Shown in pieces: positions 55,440 to 64,000 of a stretch of 64,000 bases of DNA. Origin of the DNA: Betaproteobacteria bacterium UBA5216 (GTDB taxonomy: Bacteria; Pseudomonadota; Gammaproteobacteria; Burkholderiales; SG8-41). The position numbers and the translations under genes were made by a program. Position 1 is the first letter of the stretch. Each line of letters begins with the position of its first letter. The DNA is taken from positions 18,736-82,735 of the forward strand of contig DHVE01000066.1 in the NCBI GenBank assembly GCA_002412495.1, in the 5' to 3' direction. The notes under the pieces are model-generated. The model ran no database searches, was not told the origin of the DNA, and saw only the letters and a program-made list of their open reading frames with translations.

Positions 55440-56333
55440 TCAGTATCTCTTGGGGGCTGATGGCACTGACGGCGCCGATGGCGCGGCGCCGCTCACCACA
55501 CCTTTTAATCGCGCGGCCAGCGCATCGCGATCTTTCGCGGTGGCAATGCCGAGCACGCACACCGCGTACTGGCCACCGGGAATCGGATCGATCACCGCGG
55601 GGTAACCCGCCGTCTTCAACCTGGCCTCCAGCGCCTGTGCCGCTTGCTGATCCGCCATGCGCGCGACTTCCACGCGCAAGCGACCGCCCGCCCGCGTTGC
55701 TCCCTGACCTTCGGTAATTTCGGTTTCGAGTGACCACTCGTCAATTTGTTTCTGCGGCACCTTCCCGACCGGCTTGGGCTTTTCATTGCGCGGCGCGATG
55801 AAAAACTGCAACGGTTCGTCCATCACGAATTCCTGTTTTTCATGGCGCACCGAAATACGGCCCTCGAGCAGACAGACCAGGTCCTGCGCATCAGTGGAAC
55901 GCCCCCACACGTCGGTGCCGCGGATGCCGGCGGTGATGGTGGAAATTTTTACGTTGACATCGCGCTCGGCGCGCTGCTTGCCGAAAATGCCGGTGGTAAA
56001 ACGAAACGCGCCCTTCACCACATCCAGCGTGGCGCCGACCACGGGATTATTGTCGGCGTTTTTCTTTTCCGTCAGATTATCCAGCGCGAGCGTGGCGTTC
56101 TCGCCCATCTTGACCGCGCTGCCCTCGGACATGCGCAGCATTACGCGGGCACGCTCGCCGGTAATCAACCGATCCTTGTTACTCAGCTCCATGCCGACCG
56201 TCAGCGGTTCGCGCTTGCCGGCGCGCTCCACCCAGGCAGGAGAGACCACGCCCTCGACCGTTAGCGTGCGGGCCGCCGCTGGCGTCACCAGAGCAGCCAG
56301 CATCACGGTCGCACCCAGCAAGTACTTCCACAT
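55440..56333 (-). CDS. periplasmic FecR-like domain protein with a C-terminal SPOR-like domain
   Basis: The start was set to ATG 56333 and gives a signal peptide (..LVTPAAA). A beta-rich FecR-like middle is followed by a C-terminal RLRVEVARM..AQALEARLKTAGYPAVI..YAVCVLG segment resembling SPOR. Confidence 0.5.
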   Translation of the reverse strand: MWKYLLGATVMLAALVTPAAARTLTVEGVVSPAWVERAGKREPLTVGMELSNKDRLITGERARVMLRMSEGSAVKMGENATLALDNLTEKKNADNNPVVGATLDVVKGAFRFTTGIFGKQRAERDVNVKISTITAGIRGTDVWGRSTDAQDLVCLLEGRISVRHEKQEFVMDEPLQFFIAPRNEKPKPVGKVPQKQIDEWSLETEITEGQGATRAGGRLRVEVARMADQQAAQALEARLKTAGYPAVIDPIPGGQYAVCVLGIATAKDRDALAARLKGVVSGAAPSAPSVPSAPKRY

Positions 56334-56393
56334 AAGTCGCTCCTCGCGGGAAATCACAGCTATTCGTCGCGGATGTTACCAAAGGCTTACAGG

Positions 56394-56399
56394 TATAAT
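56394..56399 (+). promoter_or_regulatory. consensus -10 hexamer TATAAT upstream of leuS
   Basis: A perfect TATAAT lies 93 nt upstream of the leuS ATG. No convincing -35 was found. Confidence 0.3.
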
Positions 56400-56404
56400 C
56401 GTGA

Positions 56405-59104
<2,700 letters not shown>

Positions 59105-59134
59105 AGTACAAGGATGAAGGCGGAGGGACGAAGG

Positions 59135-59695
59135 ATGAAAACAGGCATTAGCGGCATGCACGGAGCGGCGGGAACCTCGCGGAAGGTTTTCAGCTTTCAT
59201 CCTTCATCCTTCATCCTTATTGCGGTATTGCTGCTGTCCGGCTGCGGCTTCCAACTACGCGGCGCCGCCCATCTGCCGTACGAAACCCTGCATGTCGCGG
59301 CCTCGACCACCTCGACCTTTGCCACGCAGTTGCGCCGCGCGGTGACCTCGGGCAGCCAAACCAAAGTGGTGGACAATCCAAAAGAAGCGCAGGCCACGCT
59401 GCATGTACTGAGCGAGCAACGGCAAAAGACCATTCTGTCGTTGTCGGGCGGCGGACGCGTGCGCGAGTTTCAATTGATTTACCTGGTCTCGTACCGCGTG
59501 GCCGACAAGGACAACAAAGAGCTGCGCGCCCCCACGCAAATTCGCCTGCATCGCGATTTTTCGTTCAACGATTCCGACACGCTGTCGAAAGAATCCGAAG
59601 AAGCGCTGCTCTATCGCGACATGCAAACCGACGCCGTGAATCAACTGATGCGTCAGTTGCAGGCGACGCGCGCCACCGCCGCCGCCAGTCTGTAG
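59135..59695 (+). CDS. lptE: LPS-assembly lipoprotein LptE
   Basis: It has the lipobox LLLSGC followed by GFQLRG, and occupies the position between leuS and holA. The start is ambiguous (ATG 59114, 59135 or 59156). Confidence 0.8.
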   Translation: MKTGISGMHGAAGTSRKVFSFHPSSFILIAVLLLSGCGFQLRGAAHLPYETLHVAASTTSTFATQLRRAVTSGSQTKVVDNPKEAQATLHVLSEQRQKTILSLSGGGRVREFQLIYLVSYRVADKDNKELRAPTQIRLHRDFSFNDSDTLSKESEEALLYRDMQTDAVNQLMRQLQATRATAAASL

Positions 59696-59730
59696 CGGCC
59701 CGCCTCTCGCCGGCCTCTCGTTACCCGCGC

Positions 59731-60756
59731 GTGCGACTGTCTTCCGAACAACTGGCCGCGCAGCTCGCGCGCGAATTAAAGCCGCTCTACACCGTGTTCG
59801 GCGACGAGCCGCTGCTGGCGCTTGAGGCCGGCGACCGCATCCGAGCCAAGGCGCGCGCCGAAGGCTATATCGAGCGCGAAGTGCTTACCGTGGATACATC
59901 GTTCAAATGGCCGCAGCTCATGATGGCGGCGCAATCGCAGTCGCTGTTCGCCTCGCGCAAACTGCTGGACTTGCGCATTCCGAACGGCAAGCCTGGCACG
60001 GATGGCAGCGAAGCGTTACAGACGTTCTGCGTGTCGCTACCTGCTGATACCGTCACGCTGATTACGCTGCCCGGTATCGACTGGCGCGCGCAAAAAGCCG
60101 GCTGGTTTGAAGCGCTCGATGGGGCCGGCGTCACGGTGGAAGCCAAGGCCGTGTCGCGCAAGGCGTTGCCGCAATGGCTGGCCGCGCGTCTCAAGGCGCA
60201 AGGACAGGACGCCGACGCCGAAGCGCTCGCCTTTATCACCGATCGCGTGGAAGGCAACCTGATGGCTGCGTTTCAGGAAGTGCAAAAACTCGCGCTGCTG
60301 TTTCCGCCGGGTCCAATCAGTTTTGAGCAGATACGCGAAGCGGTGCTCGACGTGGCGCGTTTCGATGTTTTTCATCTGGGCCTGGCGATGCTCGAAGGCG
60401 ACGCGTTGCGCCTCACGCGCATGCTCGACGGCCTCAAAGGCGAAGGTGCCGCGCCGCCAATGGCGCTGTGGGCCGTGTGCGAGGAAATCCGCGCCATCGG
60501 CCGCACGCTCGTCGCCGCCGAATCGGGCCGTCCGCTCGGCACGGTATGGCGCGACGCCAAGGTGTGGGGCGTGCCGCATCAAACCGCCATGCAGCAAAAT
60601 CTCGCGCGCTTTTCCAAAGCACAGGTCGCGCAGGGTCTGCGCCACGCCGCCGCCATCGACCGCATGGTCAAGGGCCTGGCAAAAGGCGACGTTTGGGATG
60701 AGTTGCTGCAACTTGCGATGCGGTTTTCACGTAAACGCGCCGCCGTACGCGCCTAG
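59731..60756 (+). CDS. holA: DNA polymerase III subunit delta
   Basis: It starts at GTG. The N-terminus RLSSEQLAAQL parallels E. coli HolA RLYPEQLRAQL. The size and synteny fit. Confidence 0.85.
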   Translation: MRLSSEQLAAQLARELKPLYTVFGDEPLLALEAGDRIRAKARAEGYIEREVLTVDTSFKWPQLMMAAQSQSLFASRKLLDLRIPNGKPGTDGSEALQTFCVSLPADTVTLITLPGIDWRAQKAGWFEALDGAGVTVEAKAVSRKALPQWLAARLKAQGQDADAEALAFITDRVEGNLMAAFQEVQKLALLFPPGPISFEQIREAVLDVARFDVFHLGLAMLEGDALRLTRMLDGLKGEGAAPPMALWAVCEEIRAIGRTLVAAESGRPLGTVWRDAKVWGVPHQTAMQQNLARFSKAQVAQGLRHAAAIDRMVKGLAKGDVWDELLQLAMRFSRKRAAVRA

Positions 60757-60807
60757 CACGGCCCCGGGGCAAACCTTCTCCACCAATACAAGGCAAGGAA
60801 CCGGCGA

Positions 60808-61668
60808 ATGACAAAGACGATAGGGATAGCGGCGGCGCTTGCGCTCTGGATATTTTTCGCGCCCGCCACGCACGCACAACGTGCGGAAACACCCGTCGCG
60901 CCGGCGGCTTTGCTCGCCAATGTCGCTGGCGACAACATCGATCCCAAACCCTATCTCGTCAGCGAAAAATATGATGGTGTGCGCGGATTGTGGGACGGCC
61001 AGACGCTACGCACGCGCGCGGGCAATGTCATTGCGGCACCGGCATGGTTTATTGCCAGACTGCCCAAGCGCACACTGGATGGCGAATTGTGGCTGGCACG
61101 CGGGCAATTCGAAAAGCTGTCGGGGATCGTGCGTAAATCAATGCCACAGGATGACGAATGGCGGCAGGTCAAATACCTGGTGTTCGAATTACCCGGCGCG
61201 CCCGGAACGTTCGAGGAACGCTACGCGGAAATCAAACGCATCACGGCGCAAACAGGCTTTGCGCAACTCGCCGCCGTCGAGCAGTTTCGCGTCAAAGACA
61301 ATGCCGCGCTCAAGCAAAAGCTCGCGGAAACTGTTCGCGCGGGCGGCGAGGGCTTGATGCTGCATCGCGCCGATGCGCTTTATGTCACCAGCCGCAACGA
61401 CGCGCTGCTCAAGCTGAAACCGCTCGACGACGCCGAAGCCACCGTCACCGGTTACGTGCCCGGCAAAGGCAAATACGCCGGCAAGATGGGCGCACTGCAA
61501 GTCGAAACCGCAGACGGCAAACGCTTTCAAATCGGCACCGGCTTTACGGACGCGGTGCGCGACAAGCCACCCGCGATAGGCACGCAGATTACCTACACCT
61601 ATCGCGGCCTCACCAGCAAGGGCCTGCCGCGCTTCGCGAGTTATTTGCGGGTGCGTGACACCTTTTGA
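60808..61668 (+). CDS. minimal ATP-dependent DNA ligase with a signal peptide (Lig E type)
   Basis: It has an N-terminal signal peptide (..FFAPATHAQ) and the adenylation motif I SEKYDGVRG (KxDG). At ~285 aa it holds only the adenylation and OB domains. Confidence 0.8.
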   Translation: MTKTIGIAAALALWIFFAPATHAQRAETPVAPAALLANVAGDNIDPKPYLVSEKYDGVRGLWDGQTLRTRAGNVIAAPAWFIARLPKRTLDGELWLARGQFEKLSGIVRKSMPQDDEWRQVKYLVFELPGAPGTFEERYAEIKRITAQTGFAQLAAVEQFRVKDNAALKQKLAETVRAGGEGLMLHRADALYVTSRNDALLKLKPLDDAEATVTGYVPGKGKYAGKMGALQVETADGKRFQIGTGFTDAVRDKPPAIGTQITYTYRGLTSKGLPRFASYLRVRDTF

Positions 61669-61774
61669 ACGATTCACCGTCGCGCGCGACGACCGGGCAA
61701 AATAGCCGGCCATCCCCCGCACGGCGGTTCGGCATGGCACGCCAACCCCTTGTTAAACAGGGTAAAATCCTCCG

Positions 61775-63031
61775 ATGGATGTGCAAACTTACATGCAGGG
61801 CGTAGGCCGGCAGGCGCGTGCAGCGTCGCGGCTGATTGCCAAGGCGGGCACCGCCGCCAAGAACAAGGCGTTGACAGTAACGGCGCAGGCGATTGAGCGC
61901 TCGTCGCAATCATTGCTCGACGCCAACGCGCGCGATGTTGCGGAAGCGCGCCACAAAAAACTCGACGAAGCGGCGATAGACCGGCTGATCCTCACGCCCA
62001 AAACCATTGCGGCGATGGCCGACGGATTGCGGCAAATCGCGGCATTGCCCGATCCCATAGGCGAAATCAGCGGCCTGAAATACCGGCCTTCCGGCATACA
62101 GGTCGGCCAGATGCGCGTGCCGCTGGGCGTGGTCGGCATCATTTACGAATCGCGCCCCAACGTAACGGCGGACGCGGCGGGCTTGTGTCTCAAATCCGGC
62201 AACGCGGCGATTCTGCGCGGCGGCTCGGAAGCGCTGCATTCCAATCAGGCGATTGCCGCGTGCGTGCGCGAGGGGCTGGCCGCCGCGAATCTTCCCGAAA
62301 CCGTGGTGCAGGTCATCGAAACCGCCGACCGCGCGGCCGTGGGCGAACTCATCACCATGCGCGACTTTGTCGATGTGATCGTACCGCGCGGCGGCAAGAG
62401 TCTGATCGAGCGCCTGCTGCGCGAATCACGCATCCCGATGATTCAGCATCTCGACGGCGTGTGTCACGTATACATCGACGACAAGGCCGATATCGACAAG
62501 GCGATTCGCGTTGCCGACAATGCCAAGACGCAGCGCCTGGGTGTGTGTAACGCCATGGAAACGCTGCTGGTGGCGCGCGGCATTGCGCAAAAAATTCTGC
62601 CGCCGCTGTGCGCGATTTACCTGCAAAAAGGCATCGAACTGCGCGGCGACGACACGGCGCGCGACATCGTGCCGGAAATGAGCGCGGCACGAGACGAAGA
62701 CTGGTACACCGAATATCTCGCCGCGATTCTGTCCGTGCGCGTGGTCAATGATCTCGATCAGGCCATCGAACACATCAACACTTACGGCTCGCGCCACACC
62801 GACGCCATCGTGACCGAAGACTTGTCGCGCGCGCGGCGTTTTATCGCTGAAGTCGATTCCAGCTCGGTGATGGTCAACGCCTCGACACGATTTGCCGATG
62901 GCTACGAATACGGCCTCGGCGCGGAAATCGGCATCTCCACCGACAAGCTGCATGCGCGCGGGCCGGTGGGGCTGGAAGGATTGACGTCGCTCAAGTACGT
63001 CGTGTTCGGCGATGGACACATCAGGGCGTGA
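61775..63031 (+). CDS. proA: glutamate-5-semialdehyde dehydrogenase
   Basis: It has the catalytic cysteine context [11 protein letters not shown] and [10 protein letters not shown]. Length and layout are typical of ProA. Confidence 0.93.
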   Translation: MDVQTYMQGVGRQARAASRLIAKAGTAAKNKALTVTAQAIERSSQSLLDANARDVAEARHKKLDEAAIDRLILTPKTIAAMADGLRQIAALPDPIGEISGLKYRPSGIQVGQMRVPLGVVGIIYESRPNVTADAAGLCLKSGNAAILRGGSEALHSNQAIAACVREGLAAANLPETVVQVIETADRAAVGELITMRDFVDVIVPRGGKSLIERLLRESRIPMIQHLDGVCHVYIDDKADIDKAIRVADNAKTQRLGVCNAMETLLVARGIAQKILPPLCAIYLQKGIELRGDDTARDIVPEMSAARDEDWYTEYLAAILSVRVVNDLDQAIEHINTYGSRHTDAIVTEDLSRARRFIAEVDSSSVMVNASTRFADGYEYGLGAEIGISTDKLHARGPVGLEGLTSLKYVVFGDGHIRA

Positions 63032-63133
63032 ACAGGTGTACGGGTTAACGCGCAAACGAGTAGCCACGACACTGCCGGCACGCATTTATCCCGTTAACCC
63101 GCTCACTCGCTCACCCGTTCACGTGGTTTAAAA

Positions 63134-64000
63134 ATGCCCAAGCTAATCGAAGTCAAAGTCCCCGCCATCGGCGACTTTAAAAATATTCCCGTCATCGAAT
63201 TACTGGTGAAGCCGGGTGACACCGTTAAGCCGGAAGACGCGCTGGTCACGCTGGAATCCGACAAAGCCACGCTCGATGTGCCCGCGCCCGCTGCGGGCGT
63301 GGTCAAGGAGCTCAAGGTCAAACTCGGCGACAAGCTGTCGGAAGGTTCGTTGATACTGATCCTGGAAACCATCGACGCAGGCGCGGCGGCAAGCGCGCCG
63401 CCGCCATCTCCGGCACCATCGAAAACGGCCGCACCACCAACCCCCACGCCTCACGCCTCACCCCTCAAGCCTCTCACGCAAGCCGACATACACACCGAAG
63501 TACTAGTGCTCGGCGCCGGCCCCGGCGGCTACACCGCCGCGTTTCGTGCCGCCGACCTGGGCAAGAAAGTCGTGCTGGTTGAACGTTACCCGACGCTGGG
63601 CGGCGTGTGTCTGAACGTCGGCTGCATACCCTCAAAAGCATTGCTGCACGTGGCCAAGGTCATTACCGAGGCCGAAGAAGCCGCTCATACCGGCATCGCT
63701 TTCGGCAAGCCTGCCATTGATATCGACAAGCTGCGAGCCTGGAAATCCGGCGTGGTCGGCAAGCTCACCAAGGGGCTGTCGGGGTTGGCGAAGCAGCGCA
63801 AGGTGCAAGTCGTCACTGGGCGCGGAGAGTTTGTGTCGCCGCATACAATCAAGGTTGAAACCACCGAGGGCGTAAAAACCATCGCGTTTGAAAACTGCAT
63901 CATCGCGGCCGGCTCGTCGGTGGCGCGCATTCCGGGCTTTCCATATGACGACAAACGCATTGTTGATTCCACCGGCGCGCTGGAACTCGAAGCGATTCCG
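63134..64000 (+). CDS. lpdA: dihydrolipoyl dehydrogenase (E3) with an N-terminal lipoyl domain, 3' end outside the window
   Basis: This gene is not in the ORF track because it has no stop within the window. My own translation from ATG 63134 gives MPKLIEVKVPAIGDF..LESDKATLDVPAP (lipoyl-lysine motif), an Ala/Pro linker, then GAGPGGY and the redox disulfide GGVCLNVGCIPSK. Confidence 0.9.
   Translation, partial: MPKLIEVKVPAIGDFKNIPVIELLVKPGDTVKPEDALVTLESDKATLDVPAPAAGVVKELKVKLGDKLSEGSLILILETIDAGAAASAPPPSPAPSKTAAPPTPTPHASPLKPLTQADIHTEVLVLGAGPGGYTAAFRAADLGKKVVLVERYPTLGGVCLNVGCIPSKALLHVAKVITEAEEAAHTGIAFGKPAIDIDKLRAWKSGVVGKLTKGLSGLAKQRKVQVVTGRGEFVSPHTIKVETTEGVKTIAFENCIIAAGSSVARIPGFPYDDKRIVDSTGALELEAIP

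Noticed and set aside
54455-55717. 420-aa plus-strand ORF
   Set aside because: It is antisense to uvrD and to the start of the FecR/SPOR gene. It has no motifs and is a shadow ORF.
63051-63111. 9-bp inverted repeat cgggttaac..gttaacccg after proA
   Set aside because: The arms are about 43 nt apart and there is no U-tract. This is weak as a terminator and is not repeated elsewhere in the window.

Overview
This is a 64-kb high-GC chromosomal segment that is almost entirely coding. I saw no rRNA, tRNA, CRISPR array, transposase or integrase. The gene content suggests a betaproteobacterium of the Burkholderiales type (inference only): five intact Bug/TctC-type periplasmic binding proteins plus one decayed copy, polA-DUF2782-thrB, leuS-lptE-holA, and an E3 with a lipoyl domain. 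The left ~35 kb is accessory catabolism. It holds a di-haem peroxidase, a dienelactone hydrolase, a cluster of ThrC-like, class-V aminotransferase, HyuB, HyuA and PrpD-like genes, and a 16-kb run of genes all on the minus strand (19.1-35.2 kb). That run contains a full enzyme set resembling the bad/ali cyclohexanecarboxyl-CoA ring-cleavage pathway, plus beta-oxidation and CoA-transferase genes. The right half carries a hybrid sensor kinase with a stand-alone receiver, NUDIX, EamA and a split TPP decarboxylase. It then continues into core genes: M23 peptidase, TrpD2/YbiB-like, PaaK-like adenylating enzyme, polA, thrB, uvrD, leuS, lptE, holA, Lig E-type ligase, proA and lpdA. The best candidate for something undescribed is an AT-rich two-gene insertion at 12.9-13.9 kb. 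It encodes a protein with a HEPN-like R-x4-H motif and a tail-anchored small membrane protein, and has no mobility genes. Other notable signals are a family of nested palindromic REP/MITE-like elements sitting between cistrons of catabolic operons, two perfect AGTATC/GATACT dyads in front of an HTH regulator, and a tight polA / adenylating-enzyme / TrpD2 / M23 gene string. All family assignments come from motifs read in the supplied translations; no database search was possible. The ORF track shows GTG and TTG starts as M, so several starts were re-picked by eye and remain provisional.
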